Positions 10,427 through 21,824 of a stretch of DNA of 64,000 nt are shown in pieces; position 1 is the first letter of the stretch, and every line of letters starts with the position of its first letter. Both the position numbers and the translations under genes were made by a program. Source of the DNA: Macrostomum lignano (Eukaryota); the NCBI GenBank assembly GCA_002269645.1, contig NIVC01000114.1, forward strand, positions 124,001 to 188,000, given 5' to 3'. Under the pieces are notes generated by a model. The model saw nothing but the letters and a program-made list of their open reading frames with translations. It was not told the DNA's origin and did no database searches.

Positions 10427-13400
10427 TAAACGCCGTTTAATTCACATTCTGTGGTTGGAATGTCTGAGGCTGCATTTAATAGTCCCGAGGCGAGCAAAGC
10501 TAGCCGAGGACCATTGATCGAAATGTCACTTCACATTAATGTTGTTGTAAGCCCCGTCCTCCGGAGCAACGCCTACAGCTTTAACCTGTCGGGAAGCTGC
10601 GACCCCCAGGTCCCCAGTCAGAGCTCCCGTCCCGCGCCCTAGGGAGAAGCAGAAGAAAGGACAGTAACTCGCGAACACGAACTTACACACCGTAGCCGAT
10701 GCAGTTCGCCGTGCACTTTTTATGGTAGATCGACGAGTCGTTTAATTCAATAGCCAACGGAGGCGGACCAACGCGCGCAAGGGAGGAGTCTGCCCTCCAG
10801 ACAGCGACTATATATTTTTCATTGGTCCTACGCGTACATGAATATAACTTAAGAACAAATTTACAGTACAGCAGGGGAGGTGGGGCGGGGTGGTGTGATC
10901 GGCGTACGCATTGATTATTGATTGGAGGGGTGGGGCAGACTGGAGGGTTGGGGCGGGGCAGGAGGGCGAGAAAGGGCACGATTGCACAATAATGTCAGAC
11001 CGGTCATTGATTGCAGCCGAGGATTATTCTAACCATAGACTATGATGAATTAAACGGCGTTTATCATGTATTAAATTCGATTGCTCCTGATTTCGAGGAG
11101 ATTATATGTGTTGGGCTGCGCCCTTCCAGTGCGGGTGTACTTGTCGTGTTATTAGTTTTGCATGCCGCCCCGCCACGTCCCCCCATCTCGCGCCCGGGCC
11201 AGGGTTTGTGAGAGGCGTAAGCCTCAACCCTGGCCTAGCCCCTTTTGCACCCAGCCCCCGGCCCAACTTCTGTCCAATCTGGGTGCTGGCCCCCCCTTCC
11301 CTCATTTTCCGCCTCACCCTGGGGCTGCTCGTATAGGCTGGCTGGCTGATAAGCCGGCTGGGCCCCAGGGTTTGGCTCGCCCTCTCTATTCTGCCCCACC
11401 CCTCCCCCCTTTTTTGTGTAATATTATTTAAAGGCTAGCCCTGCAGCGGGCTGCGCTCCACATTTTCCTTTCCTTCCTCCTTCCTCTCTTTGGTTTATAT
11501 TCTATCCCGTTCGTCGGCGTCACTTTGCTCTCTGCTTTGTGCCTATAACTGCTTCGTGCCAATAAACGCGTCGCCAATTCTAACGCTTCGTTAATAAGCT
11601 GATACATCAAGAGGTGAGCGCGTGCTTTAGTCTTCCGGGTTGCCGCGTGGGGCCGGGAGCTGGTAGGGCCCTGGGACCGGCGAACACTCACCGATCCCAG
11701 GGTGGTCGGGCCGGCGAACTCTCGCCGAACCGAGCGAGGCGGTTGTAGGAGTAGCCGGGGTAGAGGGCTGGGACCGGGTGTCTCAGGCGGGAGGACCCGA
11801 ACCCCGACCCGTCCAGCGGCCATTAGGCCGAGACAAGTCCTGCCGTGACCAGGATTCCGGTCCTCTCCCCTGCTGTCTTAGCGCCTGTGAGTAGGTTTGT
11901 GCGTGTTGTCTCGGTGGTCAGTTTGGTCGTGAGTCTCTGTGTGTTGTTTGTCTGGGTTGTCTCGGTGTTTTGGAGCTGTCGTGTTTGTCTTGGTAGCCAT
12001 GGCCAATTTAGATAATTTCATTGACGCCTTGACTTAATGAGCTTAATGTGGCACGACGGGTGCCGAGGCCGAATAAGTATGTGCCCACACAGGACTTTGC
12101 CCTTTGGATGCAGCAGTTCACAGGGTATTGTGAGGCGGCTCACTTTGTAGACGATTAGCGCAAGCAGGCGCTGCTCAGTCTGCTTGACTTTAATATCGCC
12201 TTTAAGGCCGTTGCGAATCTTGAGTTGGCCGACGATTTGCCGTATGATGAGTTTGTTGAGCAGCTAGAAGCTAGGTTTGATGAGAATAGGACTGATCAAG
12301 ATTACAAGACGGAGTTCCAGAGTAGGAATCAGAAAGAGGGCGAGCCCATAGAAGAGTACGCAGACGTGCTTAAGGAGCTCATGAGAAAATCGTACCCAAT
12401 GCTGCCAGCGGCCCAGGCGGGAAGAGTTGGTGAAAGACAGGTTCTTGAAGGGGATTCGAGTGCCAGCCTGGGTGCTGGAGAGCGTGCTGCTGCAAGCTCC
12501 AGAGACGCTCCAGGACGCTATTAGGCGGGTGCGTCAGGTCAGGGCATCGTTGGCTCTGCTAGAGCCTGAGGGCAAGCGAGCTGTGCACATGGTGGGGGGT
12601 CAGGCCGCAGCGGCTGGCAACAGTCAGGAGTCCAGGGCAGCCGCGGAGATAGCGGCTCTGAGAGCGGAAGCGGCTCAGTTAAAGGCAAGTGCTTCAGCGC
12701 CCACCGTGCCGATGGCGACGGCGAGGTCTGAGCAGCCGAAAGTGAGCTCGCAGCATCGAGCTCCTGATCAGAGTCAGCAGCAGTGGCAGTGTGGCCGGTG
12801 CCTGCAGACAGGTCATACTACGGCTCGGTGCCGTAATGCAGTGGTCTGCCGGGAGTGTGGCCAGTGAGGGCACATGCGCAACCGCTGCTATCGTCGGTGG
12901 GACCAGTCGGGTTCGGGAAACGGATTTGGGGCTCGGCCGGGGCACCCGTCCGGGCCCCAGCGTCAGTGAATCAGGGTGCATCTGGGGCCGCGGCCTTGTC
13001 CCAGAGTGCGCTGAGTCGGCAGGGACTGGGCTATGTGGATGCACAGTTCAGGTTTGGGCCCCCGATTGCATGTCTGCTTGACAGCGGAGCCACCGTGTCG
13101 TTGTTAAGCAACCGTTTCCTGAAGTCTAGAAAAGCCGACCTTGACTTATTGCCGGATTTGCCGAATTTTCCCGTTTTCGCTGCGAATGGGGAACCGATTG
13201 CTGTGTACAGAATGGTGACGATGAGGTTTTCAGTCGGGGACACGAAGTTTGTGCACGAGTTCGCTGTGGTTGAGGAACTGGCGGTGGCATGCATTTTGGG
13301 CACAGACTTTTTGTGAGGCACCGGATGGCGATTGACTTTGCTAGAAATTGCTTGCAGACTGCATCCTGTGTGTATCCGTTTCGCTTATCAGCAGATAAGC

Positions 13401-16005
13401 CGCGTCTTTGCCGTCTGGTGCTGAGTCAGCCTGAGCAGTTCAATGCAGGTCAAAAGAAGGTGGTGCACGTCAGGTTTCAGAGAAGGGTTCCCTCTGGGGT
13501 TCAGTTCCTAGGCGTAGTGGAGTCTGAGAGGAAAGTGAGTAACGAGCAAATGGTGGCCAGATCGGTACAGATGCCTGATGGGGACGGTCGCTTGGCTGTC
13601 AGGGTGTTGAACACGTCAGGATGCAGTCTGTCATTAAGGAAGGGAAGCTGAATTGGTTGGTTCTCTCCAGTGGCGGCCCAGCAGCCAGCTGGGTGGCAGG
13701 TGAACTCGGTGGAGAGTGTCCGAGACGACTGGAACCCCCTCAGCAAAGTCAAGGAGTGGGGAGGTTGCGGCCTGACTGGCGATGAGAAGCACGAGTTTGA
13801 GCTTCTGATGGCTCGGAATCGTGATGTCTTTGCCAGGGATAGCACAGAGTTGGGGCAGTCAAACCTGATGGCGCATGAGATTGACACGGGAAATGCCAAG
13901 CCAGAAAGTCAGCCCGCGCGTAAGATTCCACCGCGCTGGAAAGGGGAGATTGATAAGCAGGTTGATGAGTTGTTGCAGCAGGATCGCATCTATCCCTGCT
14001 ACTCTCCGTGGGCGAGCCCGATCGTGCCGGTTAAAAAGGCCGACGGTAGCTTGAGGTTGTGTCTGGACTATCGGCGCTCAACGAGGTCACAGTGCCAGAT
14101 CCTTATCCACCGCCGCAGATGGACGAGACGCTTGATGCGTTAGGCGGGAAATGTGTTTTCTCGACGATGGGCCTGGCCTCCGGCTATCATCAGTACCCGA
14201 TCGAGCCGAAGGACCAGTTGAAAACGGCGTTCGTGGTGCCCAACAGGGGTCAGTTCGCTTGGAAGTGCATGAGTTTTGGCTTGCGCAATGCTCCCGCCAC
14301 GTTCGCCAGGCTAATGTCTATGGCCCTGTCTGAGGTTAACTGGAAGGAGTGCCTGGTGTACTTTGACGATATAGTCGTGTTCGCCAAGTCGGTGGGTCAG
14401 CATCTCGAGCGATTGGAACACGTTTTCCGGTGCCTGCGGGATGCCAATGTCAAGCTGAAGCCCACCAAGTGTGTGTTCCTCTCAGAGAGGGTAAAGTTTC
14501 TGGGCCACATCGTTTCTCAGGAGGGAATCGCAACGGACCCGAGCAAGTGCAAGGAGATCCAGAATTGGCCGAGGCCATGTAGTGCCAAGAAGGTGCAAGC
14601 ATTCCTGGGTACGTGAGCCTACTTTTGACGCTGACTTTTGCCATCCTGACAGCGTATTTTGTTGTTGTTGTGTGCCGCGCCTACTATCAGTCATTTATCC
14701 CGCAGTTTTCGGAAATTGCAGTGCCGCTGTATAGGTTAACCGCAGACAGAGTAAAGTTTGAGTGGGGTAGTAAAGAGGAGAGCTCGTTCTGCAGGCTGAA
14801 AGACGCTTTGTGTTCACCGAATGTGATGGCATTCCCGGATTTTTCGCCTAGTGCCGGGGAGTTCATCCTCGACACGGACGCGAGTTCGCGCGTCGGGCTG
14901 GGAGCCGTCCTGTCACAGCGTCAAGCAGATGGCCGTGAGAAGGTGATCGCGTACGGGTCTAGGATGATTCATGCGGCGGAGAAAAATTATTGCACTACCA
15001 GATTAGAGCTGCTTGCCGTCGTGCACTTCGTAAAAAAGTATAGGTGGTACTATTTGTTAGGTAGCAAGTTCACTGTTCGTTCAGACCACAAAGCTCTGCA
15101 GTTGTTAGTCAGTCTGAAGGACGTAGAGGGTCAGTGTGCACAGTGGCTTGAGTCGCTCAAGAACTTCGACTTTGAGATCATTAACAGGCCAGGCAAAGAG
15201 CATCGGAGTGGACATCGGAACCTTGCCTGAGTCCATTCCTGCCAGTGCTCTGGCGTATGTTCAGTCATTAGGTAATAGTCTGGCTGAGGCTCATTCGCAG
15301 GTGCGGACCAACCTGCAGCAGTACCAGAGGAAACAGAAAGTGCTGTACGACTCAAGGGTGTGAGGCTCGGCCATAGAAGTTGGGGATGCCGTCCTAGAAT
15401 ACTCACCTGCACTGCAGGCAGTGGAGGCAGCCAAGTTCTATTGCAATTGGAAGAGGCCGGCGAGGGTATTAGAGAAGATATCCGATTTGAAATACCGTGT
15501 AAAGCACGCTAATAAAGGAAAGAGCAAAATAGTGCATTATAATAATTTCGAAAAGTGCCCAAGCGGCCTGAGCAGTTTAGGGTGACGGATAGGCAGACGG
15601 CAGTGCAGCGCCGGCCGACGCGTCCGCCTGAGCTGGCGGGGTGCGGACAGGAGCTCCCAGGGCCGGAGACTACAGAGTCGGAACTGGAGGAGGAGGAGGA
15701 GTTTTACTTGTATGTTGTGCCACCAGTGGCTGTTGGGCCCCGGCATGGGGTAGTGAGGCCGGGGCGCCAGTTGCGCCGGACGCGCTGGTAGCTCCAGCGG
15801 CGCCAGCCGTGTCTTTGCACAGATTGCGAGAGCGTCGGGGTGTGCCTCCAGCGTATTACGGAAATCCGGTGCTGTATCGATAATTTGCAGTGGGTTCACA
15901 AGGTGGTTGTCCAACATTGGTCCTCGGCTCGCTTTGCTCGCCTCGGGACCATTAAATGCAGCCTCGGACATTCTAACCACAGAATGTGACTTAAACGGTG
16001 TTTAT
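10426..16005. mobile_element. 88-bp terminal inverted repeat pair (10426-10513 / 15918-16005) enclosing a Gypsy remnant; a more diverged inner right end lies at about 11011-11064
   Basis: Manual alignment of ataaacgccgtttaattcacattctgtggttggaatgtctgaggctgcatttaatagtcccgaggcgagcaaagctagccgaggacca against the reverse complement of 15918-16005 gives 6 mismatches in 88 nt. The reverse complement of 11046-11064 matches the first 19 nt of the left arm exactly. Confidence 0.7.
11107..15900 (+). mobile_element. Ty3/Gypsy LTR retrotransposon, decayed: 5' LTR (about 11107-11606), gag, protease, RT, RNase H; integrase core deleted; no 3' LTR
   Basis: The LTR is TG...CA with AATAAA at 11561. Gag runs from ATG 11999 with CX2CX4HX4C knuckles (CGRCLQTGHTTARC). 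Other motifs: protease LLDSGATVS, RT SPWASPIVPVKKADGSLRLCLDYR and YFDDIVVF, RNase H FILDTDASSRVGLGAVL and NYCTTRLELLAVV. After FEIINRPGKEH (about 15200) the sequence jumps to the post-integrase region. There are many frameshifts and stops. Confidence 0.92.
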
Positions 16006-16588
16006 TATTTACCTAATGCACTTTTGTTTCAAACCCTGTGTATACATGATCCTGGATTATTTAAGTGCCTATGCTCAGAATAAGCTCAGTAAGTCTGCAA
16101 GTTGATTTTATCCTTTTTATTGCTTGTTCAAGGGCTCAAATGCATTAATCTGTTAATGTCAGTAGTTGAAGTTGCTTTGTTAAAATATTCAGCTTGTTTA
16201 TTAGCTTATGATACTGCGAATAAATTTGGAAATAATAGAAGAATTATAGCTTTAATTTTTGAACCCCACCATCTATTTTTTCATTCTCATGCTGCTCCCA
16301 CACAGCCTGACTGCAGACTGCAAGGAGCTCAAAGCTGGATTGCTCAGTGCATTTTGCGGAAGCCATTGTTCCCAAATTCTATGAAATCTCCCTGACAGAA
16401 GCAGAGCAGTTGAATCTTCTGCATCTCTCTGAGCTTTTCTGTTCTCTATTAAAACAAACAAACAAATCTCGCAGTTCAAAATATTTTAGCTCCACAGCTT
16501 TCTAGGAAATGAAAACCGCAAAAATATGAAAGCGTTTTTGAGACACTTGGGCACTTGACCTTAGAAAGTTATTGGCATTGAGATACTA

Positions 16589-16825
16589 ACTCATCTGTAT
16601 TGGCGCCACTGACTCATCTGTATTGGCGCCACAGACTCATCTGTATTGGCGCCACTGACTCATCTGTATTGGCGCCACTGACTCATATGTATTGGCGCCA
16701 CTGACTCACCTGTATTGGCGCCACTGACTCATCTGTATTGGCGCCACTGACTCATCTGTATTGGCGCCACTGACTCATCTGTATTGGCGCCACTGACTCA
16801 TCTGTATTGGCGCCACTGACTCATC
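16589..16825. repeat. 23-bp minisatellite, about 10 units (ttggcgccactgactcatctgta)
   Basis: The units are directly visible. Confidence 0.95.
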
Positions 16826-17886
16826 AGACAGACACTAGGACATACACTAGGACAGACGCTAAGACAGACACTGAGACAGACACTGAGACAGACACTAATA
16901 CAGACACTAATACAGACACTGAGAGAGACACTGAGACAGACACTAGGACAGACGCTAATACATACACTGAGACATACACTGAGACAGACACTAGGACAGA
17001 CACTAATACAGACACTAATACAGACACTGAGACAGACACTAGGACAGACACTACGAGATGCAGACACTAAGGCAGGCTCGTAATACAGACACTGAGACAG
17101 ACACTGAGACAGACACTGATACAGACACTAGGACAGACACTAAGGTAGACACTAAATGAAATTAATACAGACACTAGGACAGAAACTAGGACAGACACTA
17201 ATACAGACACTAATACAGATACTGAGACAGACACTGAGACAGACACTAAATGAAATTAATACAGACACTAAGACAGACACTAGGACAGACACTAAGGCAG
17301 ACACTAAATGAAATTAATACAGACACTAGGACAGACACTAGGACAGAAACTAAGGCAGACACTAAATCAAATTAATACAGACACTAAGACAGACACTAGG
17401 ACAGACACTAGGACAGACACTAAGGCAGACACTAAATGAAATTAATAGACACTAGGACAGACACTAAGGCAGACACTAAATGAAATTAATACAGACACTA
17501 GGACAGACACTAGGACAGACACTAGGACAGACACTAAGGCAGACACTAAATGAAATTAATACAGACACTAGGACAGACACTAGGACAGACACTAGGACAG
17601 ACACTAGGACAGACACTAAGGCAGACACTAAATGAAATTAATACAGACACTAGGACAGACACTAGGACAGACACTAGGACAGACACTAAGGCAGACACTA
17701 AATGAAATAAATACAGACACTAGGACAGACACTAGGACAGACACTAGGACAGACACTAGGACAGACACTAAGGCAGACACTAAATGAAATTAATACAGAC
17801 ACTAGGACAGACACTAGGACAGACACTAGGACAGACACTGAGACAGACACTGAGACAGACACTAAATGAAATTAATACAGACACTG
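16826..17886. repeat. 12-bp-based minisatellite (acagacact+agg/gag/aat variants)
   Basis: The units are directly visible and are related to the array at 30806-31945. Confidence 0.93.
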
Positions 17887-18930
17887 AAAAGCCACCCACT
17901 GAAAAATCTCGGTGACTGGACAGCGCAAAAGCACCTTTTTCAGTCACAATAGAGAAGTGACCTCTTTACTGTGTCCTGGTAGACTGGTGTTCAACAGCGC
18001 ACAGTCTGAGACTCAACACTGTGAGTTCTCTGGCGTCAGTGATTAGGGACCTCGACGACTCTGCTTCCCGAGAGACTTCCGGCCGAACAGCTGAGGCTGC
18101 TGAAGAGACCCGCGGCAGCTGGAGATGAGGAACGGGAGTCCATTGAGATTCGGGCTCCGGCTGAATTCAGGAGGGCCCAGCTGCTCGGACTGCCTTTCAC
18201 TACTCGGGTGGCCCTGCTGCCGGAAAGAGCTGACTGAACACGGCATACAGGGGTGCAAAATGAGTCCTGTTGTTTCTAGTTGGTATAGACACATTGCTCG
18301 AGACTTTTGTCTCGAAAATTATTATATTTGTTATAAACGCAGTATACGTACTTTATCATCAGTTCGATTTGTTCGCTGGTAAGTACAAACAGTACAAACA
18401 ATTCTGTTTGAGTTGAAGGCTAAAGACAGTAGCGCTCATGACAATATGGACAGTGGACAGTGGACACTGCGCTAGCGTCAGTAGCGGTCCTGGCATTTAG
18501 CGCTCGCACTGATCTACCACTTGTTAGAGCAGTTCAAAACAATAAAATGGAGAGCGAGAAAGGCATAGAATCGACTGTTTCTCCTTATTTTAAAATAAAG
18601 ATACATACACCACAGCATCGCCGTGGCTGACTCTGAGCCTTTTACAGTGTCGAAAAATTCGCTTTCAATACGGAACTGTTGAGCTTTGCCTAAGGACAAG
18701 ACGTCCGCAGTAACTTCCGACCAGCTGCGAGAGGCCACTGCTTCGTCCAAGAGTTCATGAAGAACTGAAGCAAGAAAGCAGGCTTTAGCAAGATGTAAAC
18801 CAACCACTGCATACGGTAATTGAATTGATTGCTGATTTTTTAAATTTCAGAGTCACTACATATGTGCATTTTGCAGGCATCTAGGCAGCCTGTCCAGGAA
18901 ATCATGCTCTTGGCTGGGCAAAAGTGTGAC

Positions 18931-19277
18931 CATCTGGGAGGCTGGGAGCAGCTGTGAGTGAGGAATTTGAGGCTTCATCTGGGAGGCTGGGAGCAGCTGT
19001 GAGTGAGGCATTTGAGGCTTCATCTGGAATGCTGGGAGCAGCTGTGAGTGAGGCATTTGAGGCTTCATCTGGGAGGCTGGGAGCAGCTGTGAGTGAGGCA
19101 TTTGAGGCTTCATCTGGGAGGCTGGGAGCAGCTGTGAGTGAGTCATTTGAGGCTTCATCTGGAAGGCTGGGAGCAGCTGTGAGTGAGGCATTTGAGGCTT
19201 CATCTGGGAGGCTGGGAGCAGCTGTGAGTGAGGCATTTGAGGCTTCATCTGGGAGGCTGGGAGCAGCTGAGGCATTT
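18931..19277. repeat. 45-bp minisatellite, about 7.5 units, in the RRM gene intron
   Basis: Unit ctgggaggctgggagcagctgtgagtgaggcatttgaggcttcat. It explains the repetitive MPQLLPASQMKPQ part of ORF 18856-19587. Confidence 0.95.
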
Positions 19278-19302
19278 CTGGGCTACTCAGAGCTCCGCTC
19301 AC

Positions 19303-19587
19303 CTCCTTATCCTGAATGGTGTGGGGCCGCTTGGCCTGCACCGCATTCACGGTCTCGGCGTCCTTGAAGAAGACGAAGCCGAAGCCCTTGGACCGCTGAG
19401 TGGCCAGGTTTTTGACCGCCACGCAGTCCGTGACTTCGCCGAACTTGGCAAAGTACTCGCGCAGGCCGTCGGTGCTCACATCGGGACTGAGGCCGCCGAC
19501 GAAGATTTTGCGGAACGCCTCGTCGCTCGGATCGCGCGGCGCCAGCGCCGACTGCCTGCTGCCACCGGAAGCTCCGCCGAATACCAT
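19303..19587 (-). CDS. First coding exon of an hnRNP A/B-Musashi-DAZAP1-like RRM protein (downstream exons not found in the window)
   Basis: It has RNP2 KIFVGGL, RNP1 RSKGFGFVFF and ...RPHTIQDKE, followed by a phase-0 donor GAG|GTGAGC at 19302-19301. The exon is 95 codons from the ATG at 19587. Confidence 0.85.
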
Positions 19588-19730
19588 GATGAAGCAGTTG
19601 GGATGCTGGGCTCAGCTCTGCAATAAGGCCGCGGGGCTGGTTGGCTGGCTGGGGATTCGGAAGCTGAGTAGCTGATGGGGAACCGGAAGCTGAGTAGCGG
19701 ATGGGGAACCGGAAGCTGAGTAGCGGATGG

Positions 19731-20928
19731 TGTAGTGTGAGCATCTTTGCGTGTATTTTGTTGTAAATTGACTGCATTAGTTTCTATATTGTTATTGAAT
19801 TGTTATTTTGCTTTAGTTTAGTCATGCGTTTTTTTGTGTACTTTTTCTAGTTGGTTGAAATCTAAAATTGTAAACAGGTTAGAGTTAGACGCCAATTTTG
19901 TGACTCAGTGGAGGGTTGAGTTTGTCTGCGAACCCCAGCTTTGCGCGGTCAGCCAATCAGAACCGGCCTGGACCCTGGCACGCGGCAAGTTTCAATTCTA
20001 CCCGGCGCCGCGGGCACAGTGCAATTCGGCTTAAGCAAGCGGCCGGCCAGACGACCACCACCCGGCTTGAGGGGGTTTTGAGGGGTTGTGACTCTGACTA
20101 TAAATGAAAGTGTATTTGGCAATCGGATCTCGCCTTCTCTCCTTTTTTTCCTTCTCTCTCCCCGGTTTTGTCTTGTCCAGCTTCCCGGCCGGTGGCCCGA
20201 TTTTCTCCTCTTGTTGGTTCGCGCTTTGAGGCGCCTGAATTTATCACCCCCGGTCCATATTTTTGTTCCCGCCCAACCGCAGTAGTCTTGTGGCGTAACG
20301 TCTACGGCAAATTCCTGTCTGAAGTCGTCGCTATCAAGCGCGGTTAGATAGAGACTGTCGGATCTGATCAAGTACGCGGCCTCGACCCCGAGGGCCTCAG
20401 TGTTACACTGAAGGGCAGTGCCGATAGAATTTAGTCGGTACTCCGTTGAACGGTCGATTCGGCAGGGCTCTCGTTTGAGTGTAGGTTCTGGCTTAGGCCA
20501 GGGGTTAGGAGTCTTTCTCCGTGGTCGTGTTCGGTTCTCCTTCTTCTTCTTCGAGCTGAGATCCGCTTGTCAGTGCGTAATATAATCATTATTATTAATC
20601 GTTACTATTCGTTATCATCAGTCTAATTATCTGCGTCGCGAATTGCTTGAATCCTGGAACTTGAATAATCAAATTAAATCGTCTAGCCAATCATCAGTTG
20701 TATCATAGGATTATCACTCTCTAAATCTTTCGGTTTGTGTTCCCTCGTGTTCTTTATTTTCTTGTACTGTACCTGCGGCTATTGGAGAAAGACTGGTAGG
20801 ACTCGCCGACCGGCGATAGGCGATTAGGATTAATAGCTTTAAAATCTCCAAACGCTCCAAGTAGGTTTGTCTAGGGCCTAAATAATTGCTTACCGTGCAT
20901 GCTATTATCTAATTGCCTATTTACCACA
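19731..20928 (+). mobile_element. Solo LTR (1198 bp) with 4-bp TSD ATGG
   Basis: The termini are TGTAG...ACCACA with ATGG at 19727-19730 and 20929-20932. Removing it restores the 26-bp tandem unit ggggaaccggaagctgagtagcggat. It has CCAAT at 19953 and TATAAA at 20099, which sets the orientation. Confidence 0.8.
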
Positions 20929-21511
20929 ATGGGGAACCGGAAGCTGAGTAGCGGATGGGTACCGGAAGCTGAGTAAAGGATGGGGCTCGGGATTCTCAGC
21001 ATAAGTCCAGCCATGAAATTCAGCCAGTGAACATTGGAACATTGGAGCCATAAAGCAGGTGCAATTCCAATTTTAATGGGCCCAAAGAAGTCCTGAAATC
21101 CTGCATTTTCGGCTGCATTAACATGAAGATTTTTGAAAATTCTCCTAAAGCTGTCGCAACCCATTTGAGAACCAGTCGTAGGCTTGAGATTCCCTGTGCT
21201 TGAGGGATTCGACTCTTTTGTGTTATTACATTCTATGTTGGATTAAGCCTGCACCGCACCGAATAAGGTTAAAAATGAAAATTGAATGAATTAGAATACA
21301 AAGTAGTACGGTATGCGAGCGAAATAAGGAAAAACGATATGATGCATGCATGCCGTCCACGAAACACCCTCACATTATTGGTATTAGTTATAAGACATTC
21401 AGTTCTACCAGGAAAATGGATCTTGTATTTGACTACATTGGATTTAAAACTGCAAAGTTTTATTTCCAGAATTTTTTCTCCTGCTTATCTAGCATGTTAT
21501 CTATAATAAAT

Positions 21512-21635
21512 CAGCCGTGACTGATATCTGCCACTCTGACAGCAGCCGTGACTGACATCTGCCACTCTGACAGCAGCCGTGACTCACATCTGCCACTCTG
21601 ACAGCAGCCGTGACTGACATCTGCCACTCTGACAC
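21512..21635. repeat. 31-bp minisatellite, about 4 units (cagccgtgactgacatctgccactctgacag)
   Basis: The units are directly visible. Confidence 0.9.
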
Positions 21636-21824
21636 CAGTCAGTAATTTAAGGTATTTACTCTCTTCAAAACGTGTTTTTAACGTTTCAAACCAAGAAACC
21701 GCCCCTCTTTCCATCTTCCCCTCTCCCCTATTTCTGACTTCCTCTTTCAACCAATTCAATTACTAAACGAACACAAAAAATATTTACCTTCCAGTGAAAA
21801 GCACTTCACAGCGCACCAAGTAAA

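Noticed and set aside
3700-15900. Idea that the integrase fragment (3700-5303) is the missing integrase of the Gypsy at 11107-15900
   Set aside because: Both contain the RNase H tail and the sequences differ strongly (LLQEFTFTIKCSKG vs LKNFDFEIINRPG), so they are separate families.
10426-16005. DIRS-type retrotransposon (inverted terminal repeats around gag-RT-RH)
   Set aside because: It has an aspartic protease, Gypsy-type RT/RH, a conventional TG...CA LTR and no tyrosine recombinase. The inverted repeats look like DNA-transposon TIRs.
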